Shown piece after piece: positions 50,371-60,756 of a stretch of 64,000 nucleotides of DNA (the first letter of the stretch is position 1; each line of letters starts with the position of its first letter). Below the pieces are notes generated by a model. That model had not been told where the DNA came from. It did not search any database and saw only the letters and a program-made list of their open reading frames with translations. This stretch comes from Sumerlaeia bacterium (GTDB lineage: Bacteria > Sumerlaeota > Sumerlaeia > SLMS01 > JAHLLQ01): the NCBI GenBank assembly GCA_040219255.1, contig JAVJSW010000060.1:64001-128000 (forward strand), read 5' to 3'. The position numbers and the translations under genes were made by a program.

Positions 50371-51660
50371 TCAAGAATCGCGAAAGGCTTGCGCCAATTC
50401 ACCCATCGTCCCGGCATAGGCTCCTGACTCCAGGGCATGATCCAGGCATCGCCAGGGCAGCTCGCGCCACTCCGGCGGCCAGAACCAGCCGTTGAAATTG
50501 TGCGGGTGCCACAGGAGCGACATGACGCCCCCAGCGCGGCGGACTTCGCCCATCAGCGCCACGAGGCGGTCGAAGGCTTCCTCGGCGCTCAGGCCACGAT
50601 GGGAGCGCAGCGTCACGTCCATGGCGATCAGCGGCAGGCAAACCATCACCTTGCCCGTTTCCGGGCCGCGCACCGCGATCGGCTGGCAGGTCCCGCGGCG
50701 AAAGCCTTCGCGCGTGGCGAAACCGAGCGACCCCTCCACCGCGAAACCCTGATCCGCCAGAGCTTCCAGGTGCTCGCGGCTCGTCACCCGGAGGTAATGC
50801 CCGCGGTGGGCGGTGGGCGCCGGGCCGAGCATGCGCTCGAAGGCAAGGCGCTGGTGCGCGAGATGGCTGCGGGGCGCGTCGGGTGTGGCGTAGCTGCCAT
50901 GTAGGCCCACCTCGTGCCCTTGGCGCTGGGCCCGGCGGAGGAAACGGCTCAGCTCCGTGGCCCGCGCCAGGTCGTAGTTGTCCAGTTTGTGGAGCTTCCG
51001 CGTTTGTGTCAGGAACGTGGCGCGGACGCCGCGCCGCGCCAATTCTTCGAAAATCGTCTCGAACGGCAGGTCCGGGTCTGGGCCACCGAGTAGACGCGCG
51101 GACCATTGCCAGAGGTGCTTCGGCAACTGGCGTGCGCGGCCGGTCAGGGCGATGCGGCGGAGGTTTCGAAGCCGGTCGAGCCCATGGCGGACGCCAGCGC
51201 TGTCCACGTCGAAGGAGAGGGAGAAGGCCCAGGCCTTGCCGTTCCAGCGGTTCCCCACAGGCTCCCCGGACCTGTGCGAGTCCCGGATTTTCACCGCCGC
51301 TGCTTGCCGGATGCGGTCGCACACGGCGAGATCCAGCAGCCCCGCGCGGCCAATCAGGCACTCCGCCGGGTCGAACCGGCCATGGGCGTCGCGGGCGGGG
51401 GAGAGGTCCTCGTCCCAGCCGTGCAGAAGCCCGTACACCACCCCCGCGAGATCGAAGCGGGCCTTCTCGCCATCGAAAAATTCGCGGGCGAGAATGGCGG
51501 GATCGGCGCCGGCCTTGATAAGCGCGAGCACGCGCCGCGTCTCGTCGGCCCAGGCTTGCCGGTTGCCTGCGATTTGGCGGTCGGAGGGAAGGTCGTGAAG
51601 GAAGGGCTTTCCGCCTGAAGGCGGGACTGCGAACGGGGCGGGAAAGTCCAGGAGGTCCAT
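50371..51660 (-). CDS. polysaccharide deacetylase family protein
   Basis: DAHGRF, LSFDVD, HEVGLHGSY, RGHYLR, GFRRGTC.P, LLWH. Confidence 0.85.
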   Translation of the reverse strand: MDLLDFPAPFAVPPSGGKPFLHDLPSDRQIAGNRQAWADETRRVLALIKAGADPAILAREFFDGEKARFDLAGVVYGLLHGWDEDLSPARDAHGRFDPAECLIGRAGLLDLAVCDRIRQAAAVKIRDSHRSGEPVGNRWNGKAWAFSLSFDVDSAGVRHGLDRLRNLRRIALTGRARQLPKHLWQWSARLLGGPDPDLPFETIFEELARRGVRATFLTQTRKLHKLDNYDLARATELSRFLRRAQRQGHEVGLHGSYATPDAPRSHLAHQRLAFERMLGPAPTAHRGHYLRVTSREHLEALADQGFAVEGSLGFATREGFRRGTCQPIAVRGPETGKVMVCLPLIAMDVTLRSHRGLSAEEAFDRLVALMGEVRRAGGVMSLLWHPHNFNGWFWPPEWRELPWRCLDHALESGAYAGTMGELAQAFRDS

Positions 51661-51673
51661 GGCGCGGGGCGGC

Positions 51674-52444
51674 TCAATCGTCCTCGGACCGCGTGGCGTA
51701 GCCCTGGGCCGTGTGGAGCGGCGCGCGGCGGGCCCGTTCCCGTTCGGCGGCCTGGACGGAAGCCAGCAGTAGGCTTTGGTAGTCGCCGACGTCGGTCCAC
51801 CAGCCGGGCAGGACGGCATGGCGCAATTGCCCCTCCTCGGCATAGAGGTTGTTCACGGCGGTCAGATCGCTGGATTCGCTCAGGCAGTGGCGGGCCTGCG
51901 TCAGCTTGGACCAGAAGGTGGCGTCGTAGAAGTAGGCGCCGGCCACAGCGTACTGGCTGAGGGGGCGGCTGGGTTTTTCTTCGATGCGGACAATGTGGCC
52001 GTTCTCGATTTTCGCGACGCCAAAGCGGGTCAGGTCGGGCGATTGCTCGAGCAGCACCAGGGCGCCGCCGCCCGCCTCGTCGAATTGCGCCCGCGCCGCC
52101 GCCAGGCTGCTTTCGAACAGATTGTCCGCCAGCAGCACGACGCACGGTTCACTCTCGGCGTGCGGCCGGGCGGCGTCGAGGGCCAGTTGGCCGCCTTCCC
52201 GCACCACGATCTGAATCGGAACGGGCGATTCGAAGGCCGCCGCGGCCGTTTCGAAATCCTGGTGAAACGCCGGATCCACGACGAGAAGGATTTCCGTCGC
52301 GCCCGCCTCGGCCACGGCCGCCAGCGCCCAGAACACCATGGGCCGGTCGAACACCGGCAGCAAATAGCGGCTCGTGATGGTGCTCAGGGGGGCGAAGGCG
52401 CACTTCGCCGCCCGCGACTGGGTGGCGAGGACGATGCCCTTCAT
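51674..52444 (-). CDS. sugar-phosphate nucleotidyltransferase (RmlA-like), degenerate
   Basis: LLPVFDRPM, LADN, RFGVA, IEEKP, WWTDVG; the GGxGTR motif is replaced. Confidence 0.8.
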   Translation of the reverse strand: MKGIVLATQSRAAKCAFAPLSTITSRYLLPVFDRPMVFWALAAVAEAGATEILLVVDPAFHQDFETAAAAFESPVPIQIVVREGGQLALDAARPHAESEPCVVLLADNLFESSLAAARAQFDEAGGGALVLLEQSPDLTRFGVAKIENGHIVRIEEKPSRPLSQYAVAGAYFYDATFWSKLTQARHCLSESSDLTAVNNLYAEEGQLRHAVLPGWWTDVGDYQSLLLASVQAAERERARRAPLHTAQGYATRSEDD

Positions 52445-53439
52445 TGCGGTGCCTTGCGGATGCTTTGGCCGTCGCTGGCCTCGCCGTCGAACCCGATGCG
52501 CTCGCGGACGAAGTAGAGTGGCCGGGCCTTCACTTCTTCAAAAATGCGGCCCACGTACTCGCCCAGGATGCCGGTGCAGATCAACTGCACCCCGCCAAAG
52601 AACAGAATCAGCATAATCGTCGAGGACCAGCCGGGAACAGTGCTGCCATCCATCCAGTTCACCAGGACCTTGATCCCATAGAGAAAGCCCAGTGCCGCCG
52701 CGCCAAAACCCGCCAGGATGGCGAACTGGAGCGGAACGGTGCTGAAGGATGTCATGCCGTCGACGGCGAAGCGCAGCATCTTGCGCAGCGGGTACTTCGT
52801 TTCGCCGGCGAAGCGGGCGGGGCGCTTGTAGGGCACGCCGGTCTGGCGGAAACCCACCCAGGTGAACAGCCCGCGAAGGAAGCGGTTGCGTTCGCGGATG
52901 GAAAGTACGCTGTCCAGAGCCCGCCGGTTGATGAGGCGGAAATCGCCCGTATCGAGCGGGATGTTGATCGCCGTGCAGAAGCGCAGGAGACGATAGAACA
53001 AGGCGGCGGTGGCGCGCTTGAATGCCGACTCGCCCGCGCGTTCGGTGCGCACCGCATAGACCACGTCGAAGCCTTCGTTCATCTTGGCGATCATGCGGGG
53101 CAATAGTTCCGGCGGGTCCTGCAGGTCCGCGTCCATCATCGCCACCATCTCGCCGCGGGCGTGGTCCAGCCCGGCGGTCAGGGCCGTCTGATGGCCGAAG
53201 TTGCGCGACAGGCTGATGGCGCGAAGGTGCGGATCACGCGCCACCAGCTCCTTGATGATCTCCAGCGTGCGGTCGGCGCTGCCGTCGTTGACGAAGACGA
53301 GTTCGTAACTCAGGCCGAGTTTCGAGAAGACCTTGGTGAGGCGCGCGTGGAGTTGGGGGAGCGATTGCTCCTCGTTGTAGATGGGGACAACGGCGGAGAT
53401 CTGGGGCGGCGGCGAGTTGAGCGGGTCCACGGGGGTCAT
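52441..53439 (-). CDS. GT2 polyprenol-phosphate glycosyltransferase (GtrB-like)
   Basis: VPIYNEE, NDGSAD, LSRNFGHQ, DADLQDPP, TGDFRL, two C-terminal TMs, GEYVGRI. Confidence 0.92.
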   Translation of the reverse strand: MTPVDPLNSPPPQISAVVPIYNEEQSLPQLHARLTKVFSKLGLSYELVFVNDGSADRTLEIIKELVARDPHLRAISLSRNFGHQTALTAGLDHARGEMVAMMDADLQDPPELLPRMIAKMNEGFDVVYAVRTERAGESAFKRATAALFYRLLRFCTAINIPLDTGDFRLINRRALDSVLSIRERNRFLRGLFTWVGFRQTGVPYKRPARFAGETKYPLRKMLRFAVDGMTSFSTVPLQFAILAGFGAAALGFLYGIKVLVNWMDGSTVPGWSSTIMLILFFGGVQLICTGILGEYVGRIFEEVKARPLYFVRERIGFDGEASDGQSIRKAPQ

Positions 53440-53777
53440 TCTGGGGCGGTGAGTTTCTTGAGCAAAGCGGCCATTTCGCGGCCTGCCTGGAGGTCCCCCG
53501 TCCGCTCCGCCGTCGCAACGCCTTTTTCATAGATGGCGCGGGCGCTGGCGGGGTCCTGGGCCTTGCGGTAGGCATCGCCCAGGAAGCGGTACGCGGCGGT
53601 GTATTCGGGGTCGAGTTCGACGCAGCGGGCGAGGGCCTCGGCGGCCTGGACGAAGCGCCCGCCCCGCAACCGTTCCTGGCCCAGGAGGAAGTGAGTCAAT
53701 GCGTCGTCAGGCTCCATTTCCGCCAGCGCTTCCAGCTTGGCGATGCGATCGGCGGTTTCTTCGGGGGTGTATTCCAT
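53436..53777 (-). CDS. TPR repeat protein
   Basis: DDALTHFLLG, LDPEYTAAYRFLG, A...GDLQA.REM. Confidence 0.8.
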   Translation of the reverse strand: MEYTPEETADRIAKLEALAEMEPDDALTHFLLGQERLRGGRFVQAAEALARCVELDPEYTAAYRFLGDAYRKAQDPASARAIYEKGVATAERTGDLQAGREMAALLKKLTAPE

Positions 53778-53978
53778 CGCGCGGTCGCGTCCTCGGGAAG
53801 GCGGGAATTGCAGGCGCGAGGGTGCGCGGGCGAGGCGGGCGAGGTCAAGGAAACCCCGCCCTTTTTCATGGCCCGAAATCTGCTCTCCCGGGCAAATTGC
53901 GTTTGTACCGCACCATCGTTCCGGATTGAATGCTCGCGGAACAATGGACATCAAGGATGAGGACGATTGGAACGAGCT

Positions 53979-54614
53979 ATGACCGCAGCGGAAGTGTTTG
54001 ACAATTCGGGTACGGGCCCCATCGATCAGTTCGATTCGCCGGGCTTGAAAGGCATCGGCATCGAAGACATCGTCCGCCAGATGCTCGATCATCTCGGCGA
54101 AGATCCCGATCGCGAGGGCCTTGTCAAAACGCCCGCCCGCGTCGACCGCTCGATGGCCTTCCTCACCGCCGGCTATCGTATGCGAATCGACGATGTGGTC
54201 GGCGACGCCATTTTCCACGAACAGATCGACGACATGGTGATCGTCAAAGACATCGAGTTCTACTCGATGTGCGAGCACCATATGCTGCCCTTCTTCGGCC
54301 AGGTGCATGTCGCCTACATCCCCAACGGCAAGGTGATCGGCCTGTCCAAGCTGCCCCGCATCGTGGAAATGTTCTCGCGCCGCCTCCAACTCCAGGAACG
54401 CATGACCCGCCAGATCGCCAAGTGCATCGAGGAAGTGCTCGAACCCAAAGCGGTCTGCGTGATCAGCGAAGCCCGCCACCTCTGCATGATGATGCGCGGC
54501 ATTCAGAAACAGCAGTCCTCCACCATTTCCTCCGCCATGCTGGGCGAATTCCGCACCAAACCCAAGATGCGCATCGAACTGATGGGCATGCTGGAGAACA
54601 GCTTCCGGCGGTAG
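53979..54614 (+). CDS. folE: GTP cyclohydrolase I
   Basis: [44 protein letters not shown]. Confidence 0.96.
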   Translation: MTAAEVFDNSGTGPIDQFDSPGLKGIGIEDIVRQMLDHLGEDPDREGLVKTPARVDRSMAFLTAGYRMRIDDVVGDAIFHEQIDDMVIVKDIEFYSMCEHHMLPFFGQVHVAYIPNGKVIGLSKLPRIVEMFSRRLQLQERMTRQIAKCIEEVLEPKAVCVISEARHLCMMMRGIQKQQSSTISSAMLGEFRTKPKMRIELMGMLENSFRR

Positions 54615-54635
54615 GGCGGCTGGGGTCTTTGGGAT

Positions 54636-54870
54636 TTCACCGCAGAGACGCGGAGGACGCAGAGAGGGTTCGGTTCATTTATTTTGAGTGGTGCTTTAGT
54701 GGGGGGATTGTTGAAGTTCCGGTGTCATTTGCGAGGTTTTGATCGAATCGGATCTCGGCATCGGTCCCAGAGATTTTTTATTTAGCCGAACTTAACGATT
54801 CTTGCGAGCGAACCGCCCTCGCCTGTAACCCCCTCAGTGAAACCACTGTCCTCTGAGACACTCTGTGGTT
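54636..54870. repeat. intergenic element with inverted arms (copy 4, opposite orientation)
   Basis: Left TTCACCGCAGAGACGCGGAGGACGCAGAG; right arm is the reverse complement of AACCACAGAGTGTCTCAGAGGACAGTGGTTTCACTGAG. Confidence 0.72.
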
Positions 54871-54996
54871 AACAACCCCCCCAGCGGCGCTTCGCGAGAT
54901 TGACGCTTGCGCGGCGCGGCGGACGTGGCCAACTGGGGCGATGTCGTGGCCTGGCAGGCGATGCCGGGCCGATTCTTCCGCTTCCCCAGAGAGATC

Positions 54997-56880
54997 ATGT
55001 CCGTCCGCCCCTCCCGAGCCCGCCAGCCCCAGACCGCTTCCTCCTCCCTAATAGCCGATTCAAACGATGGGAAAGGGTCCGGCGAGAAGCCCCGGCCGCG
55101 TTGGCGGACGAGGCTTGGCATGCTGCTGCCTCCCATCGGCGAACTGCGCGAACGCAAGGCGGCCTTTCTCTGGGCGCTCCTATCGGTGGTTCTGCTCCGG
55201 CTTTGCTGGGCGCCGGTCGAGTGGGGCGTGCTGGCGCTGGTGGCGCTGGTTCCGTTCCTGTGGGGCCTGCGAGGCATGTCGCCCCGGGCGGCCTTCTGGT
55301 ACGGCTGGGTATTCGGAGGCATCCACTTCTACACGATTCTGACGTGGCTCAATTCCGTGGCTCGGTTCGGCATTCTGGCGCCGGGCGGGTTTCCCCTGAT
55401 CTATGTGGGCGTGGTGCTGATGGCCTTCATTATGGGGCTGTACGTGGCGGTGTCGTCGGCGGGGATGGTCTGGTTCGGGCGCCGGCTCAATCCGTGGGGG
55501 GCGTTGGGGATGTCGGCGCTGCTGTGGGCGGGTCTGGAATGGCTCCGGTCCGCCGGCAGCCTCGGTTTCCCCTGGGGCTTGCTGGGCTATTCCGTGTACA
55601 CGGTGGAGCCATTGGCGGCGCTGGCGAGTCTGGGCGGTGTACCGCTGATTTCCTCGTTCCTGCTCCTCATCAACATCGAAGTCATGGAGGCCGTCGCAGC
55701 CACGCGGCGGCGCCAGTGGAGCCTGGATGTGGCCCTGCGGGTCGCCGCCGCGGCGGGGCTCTTGGTGGCCGCGCTGGCCTGGGGCTTTGGCGAGCCCCCC
55801 CAGCCCGCCAGCACGATGCGCGTCGCGGTGGTGCAGCCCAACATCCCGCAGGACGAAAAATTCGCCTCCTACTCGCCGGAGGAAGGCGTGGAGCGCCAAA
55901 TGGCCCTGCAGGAAGAGGTGACGCTGACCATTCTGGACATGCTGCGGGACCTCGAGCCCGGCGCCTACGATCTCGTCGTTCTGCCAGAGAGCGCCTTTCC
56001 CCAGCCCTGGTTCGATATCGAAATCCGCGAGTCCGCCCTCCAGCGCGAACTCCGCGCCATCGCCACCGAACTCGACGCCACGCTTCTCGTGGGGTCGGCG
56101 GACAACGTCTTCTACGACGTGGACAATCAGGAAGTGGAGGACTACCGCCAGGCTGTTCAGACGGGCCAGGAGTTGGCCCATGGCTACTACAACGCGGCGT
56201 ACTTCATCCGCCCCGGCGACTCCGAATTCCAGGGGTCGGCGGAATACCGCAAGATCCACCTGGTGCCCTTCGGCGAAACGATCCCCTTCGCCGATTCGTT
56301 CGACGCTCTCAGCAATCTGCTGCCCATCGGGGGCTTCCAGGCCGGGGCGCCGCGCCAGGCGGCGGTGTACATCGACGCGCGCGGAGGGGCCGGCGAGAGC
56401 GGGGAAGCGGAGGCTCTGCCGGAGCCGCCGAAGGTGCCGGTTCACGTCGCGCCGACGATCTGTTTCGAGGACTTTTTCCCGTACCTGCACTATCGGATGT
56501 CCAGGCGCGGAGCCGAGGTCTTCGTCAACATCACGAACGACGCGTGGTACGATCCGACGCTGGGGAGCCGGCTGCACTTCGCCCACGCCCGGATGCGGAG
56601 CGTGGAGGTGGCGCGGCCCATGATTCGCTGTGCCAACACGGGCGTTACCGCCATTGTGGGTGCGGACGGCGAAGTGCTTTCGGAATTGCCGCTTCGCGAG
56701 CGCGGCGTGCTCTCGGCGGAGGTGCCGCTGATGGGGCCCGAAGTGCAAACAGTTGCAACGCGATTCGGTTCCAACTGGGGGATTCTCGGATTCCTGCTCG
56801 GATTGGGCGGATGGATCGGACTGGCGCTGGCCGGGAAAAGTCGGAGTAAAAGGCTTGATCCTGGCCCCGGGACGCTCTAA
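54997..56880 (+). CDS. lnt: apolipoprotein N-acyltransferase
   Basis: EWLR..GFPW..LGY, VQPNIPQ, LPESA (Glu), KIHLVPFGE (Lys), ICFE (Cys), TNDAWY, RCANTG. Confidence 0.93.
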   Translation: MSVRPSRARQPQTASSSLIADSNDGKGSGEKPRPRWRTRLGMLLPPIGELRERKAAFLWALLSVVLLRLCWAPVEWGVLALVALVPFLWGLRGMSPRAAFWYGWVFGGIHFYTILTWLNSVARFGILAPGGFPLIYVGVVLMAFIMGLYVAVSSAGMVWFGRRLNPWGALGMSALLWAGLEWLRSAGSLGFPWGLLGYSVYTVEPLAALASLGGVPLISSFLLLINIEVMEAVAATRRRQWSLDVALRVAAAAGLLVAALAWGFGEPPQPASTMRVAVVQPNIPQDEKFASYSPEEGVERQMALQEEVTLTILDMLRDLEPGAYDLVVLPESAFPQPWFDIEIRESALQRELRAIATELDATLLVGSADNVFYDVDNQEVEDYRQAVQTGQELAHGYYNAAYFIRPGDSEFQGSAEYRKIHLVPFGETIPFADSFDALSNLLPIGGFQAGAPRQAAVYIDARGGAGESGEAEALPEPPKVPVHVAPTICFEDFFPYLHYRMSRRGAEVFVNITNDAWYDPTLGSRLHFAHARMRSVEVARPMIRCANTGVTAIVGADGEVLSELPLRERGVLSAEVPLMGPEVQTVATRFGSNWGILGFLLGLGGWIGLALAGKSRSKRLDPGPGTL

Positions 56881-56929
56881 GGCGGTTGGCTATGACAGGA
56901 TTACTTTTCTAACCAAAGGGGCATATGCC

Positions 56930-58891
56930 ATGACCGAAGCAGTGGTTTTCGACGATCTTCTCCACGAGAATCGAGAATTTCCTCCCTCCGACGAATTCCG
57001 GAAGAACGCCATCGTCAGTGATAAGTCCTTGTACGAGAAGGGCAAAGCGGACTTTGAAGGATATTGGGAAAGCGAAGCCCATGAGCTGGAATGGTTCGAG
57101 CCCTGGAATAAGGTCCTCAATTGGAACCCGCCCCACTGTGAATGGTTCACCGGCGGCAAAATCAACATCACCCACAACTGCATCGACCGCCACCTCAAGG
57201 GCCCGCGCCGCAACAAGGCCGCCCTCATCTGGGAAGGCGAGGATTTCGAAGTCAAAACCCTGACGTATCTGCAACTGCACCGCGAGGTCTGCAAGTTCGG
57301 AAACGCCATGAAAAATCATGGCGTCAGGAAAGGCGATCGTGTCGCTATCTACATGCCGATGATTCCGGAAGCCGCCATCGCCATGCTCGCCTGCGCCCGC
57401 ATCGGCGCCATCCACAGCGTGGTCTTCGGCGGGTTCTCCGCCGAATCCCTGTGCGACCGCATCCAGGACGCCCAGTGCAAGATGCTCATCACCGCCGATG
57501 GCGGTTGGCGCCGCGGCGGCATCGTCCAACTCAAATCCATGGCCGACAAGGCGCTGGACAAATGCCCCAGCATCGAAACCGTCGTCGTCGTCAAACGCCC
57601 CCATGGCGACCCCTTCCCCTGTCACATCCAGGAAGGCCGCGACGTCTGGTACCATCGCATCATGCAGGACGCCACCGCCGACTGCCCCGCCGAGCCGATG
57701 GACGCGGAAGATCCCCTCTTCATCCTCTACACCTCCGGCACCACCGGCAAACCCAAGGGCATCGTCCACACCTGCGGCGGCTACAGTGTCGGCACCTACT
57801 CGACGACCAAGTACGTCTTCGACCTGAAGGAAGATGACATTTACTGGTGCACGGCCGACGTGGGCTGGATCACCGGCCACAGCTACATCGTCTACGGCCC
57901 GCTGCAGTGCGGCGCCACCTGCCTGCTCTACGAAGGCGCCCCGAACTGGCCCGAAAACGACCGCTTCTGGGACATCTGCGAACGCCACGGCGTGACGGTG
58001 TTTTACACGGCGCCGACGGCGATTCGCGCCTTCATGAAATGGGGCCACCAACTGACCGAGAAATACGACCTCGGCGCCCTGCGCCTGCTCGGCTCCGTCG
58101 GCGAGCCCATCAATCCGGAAGCCTGGATGTGGTACCACAAGTGGATCGGCCGCGAGAAATGCCCCATCGTGGATACATGGTGGCAGACGGAAACGGGCAG
58201 CATCATGATTTCCACACTGCCCGGCGCCGACATCGCCCGGCCCGGCTCGGCGGGCTTCGCCATGCCCGGCATTCACGCGAAAATCCTCGCCGAGAGCGGC
58301 AAGGAAGTGGAAGCCGGCAGCGGCCTGCTGGCCATCACCAAACCCTGGCCGTCGATGCTCCGCACCATCTGGGGTGATGACGAGCGGTACGTGAACACCT
58401 ACTTCAGCAAGTGGGACAATTCGAACTACTTCCCCGGCGACGGCGCCAAGGTCGACGCCAAGGGCTACTTCACGGTCCTGGGCCGCGTCGACGACGTGCT
58501 CAACGTGTCCGGCCACCGCATCGGAACCGCGGAAATCGAGAGCGCCCTGGTGGAGCACGAAGCGACCGCCGAAGCCGCCGTCGTCGGCCGCAAGGACGAC
58601 CTGAAGGGCCAAGCCATCGTGGCCTTCGTGACCCTCAAGCAGCGCTTCCAACAGAGCGACGAATTGCGCAAGGAACTGCGCGAATTCGTGAAGGAAAAAA
58701 TCGGCGCCATCGCCCGGCCCGACGACCTCATCTTCAGCGCCGACCTGCCCAAAACGCGCTCGGGTAAGATCATGCGCCGTCTGCTCCGCGACATCGCCGA
58801 AGGCCGCGCCCTGGGCGACACCACCACCCTGGCCGATCCCTCCATCGTCCAGCAGCTCCGCGAAAGCTACGAAGAAAAATACGGCGACTGA
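56930..58891 (+). CDS. acs: acetyl-CoA synthetase
   Basis: [49 protein letters not shown]. Confidence 0.97.
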   Translation: MTEAVVFDDLLHENREFPPSDEFRKNAIVSDKSLYEKGKADFEGYWESEAHELEWFEPWNKVLNWNPPHCEWFTGGKINITHNCIDRHLKGPRRNKAALIWEGEDFEVKTLTYLQLHREVCKFGNAMKNHGVRKGDRVAIYMPMIPEAAIAMLACARIGAIHSVVFGGFSAESLCDRIQDAQCKMLITADGGWRRGGIVQLKSMADKALDKCPSIETVVVVKRPHGDPFPCHIQEGRDVWYHRIMQDATADCPAEPMDAEDPLFILYTSGTTGKPKGIVHTCGGYSVGTYSTTKYVFDLKEDDIYWCTADVGWITGHSYIVYGPLQCGATCLLYEGAPNWPENDRFWDICERHGVTVFYTAPTAIRAFMKWGHQLTEKYDLGALRLLGSVGEPINPEAWMWYHKWIGREKCPIVDTWWQTETGSIMISTLPGADIARPGSAGFAMPGIHAKILAESGKEVEAGSGLLAITKPWPSMLRTIWGDDERYVNTYFSKWDNSNYFPGDGAKVDAKGYFTVLGRVDDVLNVSGHRIGTAEIESALVEHEATAEAAVVGRKDDLKGQAIVAFVTLKQRFQQSDELRKELREFVKEKIGAIARPDDLIFSADLPKTRSGKIMRRLLRDIAEGRALGDTTTLADPSIVQQLRESYEEKYGD

Positions 58892-58929
58892 GACACCCTT
58901 CCACCCAAACCGAACGACAGGAGTGCCTC

Positions 58930-59448
58930 GTGGCCTCGTCTTCCACTCAAGAGCATCGGCGAAGCGCCGAAAAGTTGGCCGCGATTCGCGTTGCCGTGCT
59001 GACCATCAGCGACACCCGCACCCCGGAGACGGACAAGAGCGGTGCGCTGATCCAGGAGCTTTTGAGGGACGAAGGTCACGAGGTCGTTTATTACGAAGTA
59101 CTGAGGGATGAACCCTTAGATATCAAAGAACGGGTTTTTTTCCTCTGCCAGCGGCCCGATGTGCAGGCCGTCTTGCTGAACGGGGGCACGGGAATTTCGC
59201 CGCGGGACGGGACATTTGAAGCGCTGGAAAGCATCTTGCTGAAATCCCTGCGAGGTTTTGGTGAGTTGTTCCGGATGCTGTCTTGGGCGGAAGTTGGATC
59301 GGCGGCGATGTTGTCGAGAGCCACCGCTGGCATCTGCGGAACTGCGATCGTTTTCTCCATGCCCGGCTCCACGAACGCCGTCGGTCTGGCCATGCGTTCA
59401 CTGATTCTGCCGGAGTTGCGGCATCTGGTCTTCGAACTCACCAAGTAA
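58930..59448 (+). CDS. moaB: molybdenum cofactor biosynthesis protein MoaB/Mog
   Basis: LTISDTR..DKSG, NGGTGISPRD, GFGELFR, AMLSRA, MPGS. Confidence 0.92.
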   Translation: MASSSTQEHRRSAEKLAAIRVAVLTISDTRTPETDKSGALIQELLRDEGHEVVYYEVLRDEPLDIKERVFFLCQRPDVQAVLLNGGTGISPRDGTFEALESILLKSLRGFGELFRMLSWAEVGSAAMLSRATAGICGTAIVFSMPGSTNAVGLAMRSLILPELRHLVFELTK

Positions 59449-59513
59449 CTCGAATGGCGCGCCCCCGCTCCGGGGCCACGCGCTCGCGAAAAATTCGAAG
59501 GCGGCTTGGTGAA

Positions 59514-60314
59514 ATGGCTACGCTCCTCAAATCCGGCGGGGTTTTTCTGCATATCCCGAAAACCGGCGGATCCTGGGTCCAGGAAGTTCTCAAGGAACTC
59601 GGCCTGGTGCGGTACAACATCGGTCGTGAGCATGAAGATATGCCATCGATCATGCACTTCCCCCTCGCCAACCCTTACGAGTACCGCCGCAAGTTGATCA
59701 GCCGCGGCCTTGGCTGGCACGGCGACGTGGTCAAGGGCTTCAAGTTCTGTTTCACCAGGAACCCCCTCACCTGGTACGAATCCTACTGGAAGTGGCGCGC
59801 CGGTCAGTGGCCCGAGGGTCCCGACTACTACACCGATTTTCCCGTGGGAACGATCGCCGAGACGGGCGACGACAATTTCAACACGTTCGTCCGCAACGTG
59901 ATCGAAAGGTTTCCCGGCTACGTCACGGCCCTCTATGGGCGCTATGCCGTCCCGGGCCTGATCGACTTCATCGGCAAGCAGGAGACGCTGACCGACGACC
60001 TCATCGCGGTCCTCACTCATCTCAACGAGAACTTCGACGAGGACCGAATCCGCAATTGGCCGAGGGTCAACGCGTCGCAATCCAAGTTCGGCAAACCGGT
60101 CTGGAATCCTTCCGTCCGGGACTTGGCCTGCAAGGCGGAATACGCGGGAATCCTGCGCTACGGATATGAGGTCGATCATCTCGTGCCCACGGCCGTCATG
60201 GCCGAGGTCTTCGAACCCGTCGCCAGCCCCCGCCACGCCAAACTGCCCCAGAGCCGCGTGATCCGCAAACCGCTCCTGGGTGGAAATGGATATCAGGTTC
60301 CCGTCGGTTCCTGA
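59514..60314 (+). CDS. sulfotransferase family 2-like protein, copy A
   Basis: FLHIPKTGGS (5'-PSB), FTRNP..WYES (3'-PB), DFIGKQETL. Confidence 0.8.
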   Translation: MATLLKSGGVFLHIPKTGGSWVQEVLKELGLVRYNIGREHEDMPSIMHFPLANPYEYRRKLISRGLGWHGDVVKGFKFCFTRNPLTWYESYWKWRAGQWPEGPDYYTDFPVGTIAETGDDNFNTFVRNVIERFPGYVTALYGRYAVPGLIDFIGKQETLTDDLIAVLTHLNENFDEDRIRNWPRVNASQSKFGKPVWNPSVRDLACKAEYAGILRYGYEVDHLVPTAVMAEVFEPVASPRHAKLPQSRVIRKPLLGGNGYQVPVGS

Positions 60315-60423
60315 AGCCGTCACTCTGCAGAGGATCGCCGCCTGCGGCACCTTCCGGAACCGAACGATGGTATTAAAGTTGAGACGTTGCATGCCTGCGA
60401 CGCGGGATCGATCCCGGCGACCG

Positions 60424-60696
60424 TGCTGAACGATGGAATGGGGACTTCCCGCCCCGTCCCGCCGTGCGAGGTATTGGAAAGCATCTTGCGATAGCGGGGA
60501 CAGGGTTTCGGTGAGTTCTGTCGAAGACTGTCCTGGGCTGGCATGGGTACCGCGGAAATGCTCTCAGCGGCAGCCGCCGGTGCTTGAGCGGAGGGCCTTC
60601 GGTTCGACGCTTGACTCTACCTTTGCAGCCGGTTCGGTGCTCCGTTCGCCGATCTTGCACGAGAGCGCGACACCTCGATTTCGAACTCACCGAGGA
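60424..60696 (+). pseudogene. decayed duplicate of the moaB 3' half
   Basis: Colinear blocks shared with 59174-59448: TGCTGAACG, TGGAAAGCATCTTGC, GGTGAGTT, CTGTC.TGGGC, TTCGAACTCACC; contains stops and indels. Confidence 0.75.
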
Positions 60697-60756
60697 GCCC
60701 AATGGTTCGGGGCGATTTCGACTCCGCGCAAATTCCCTCAAAGGCGCCTTGGTGCT

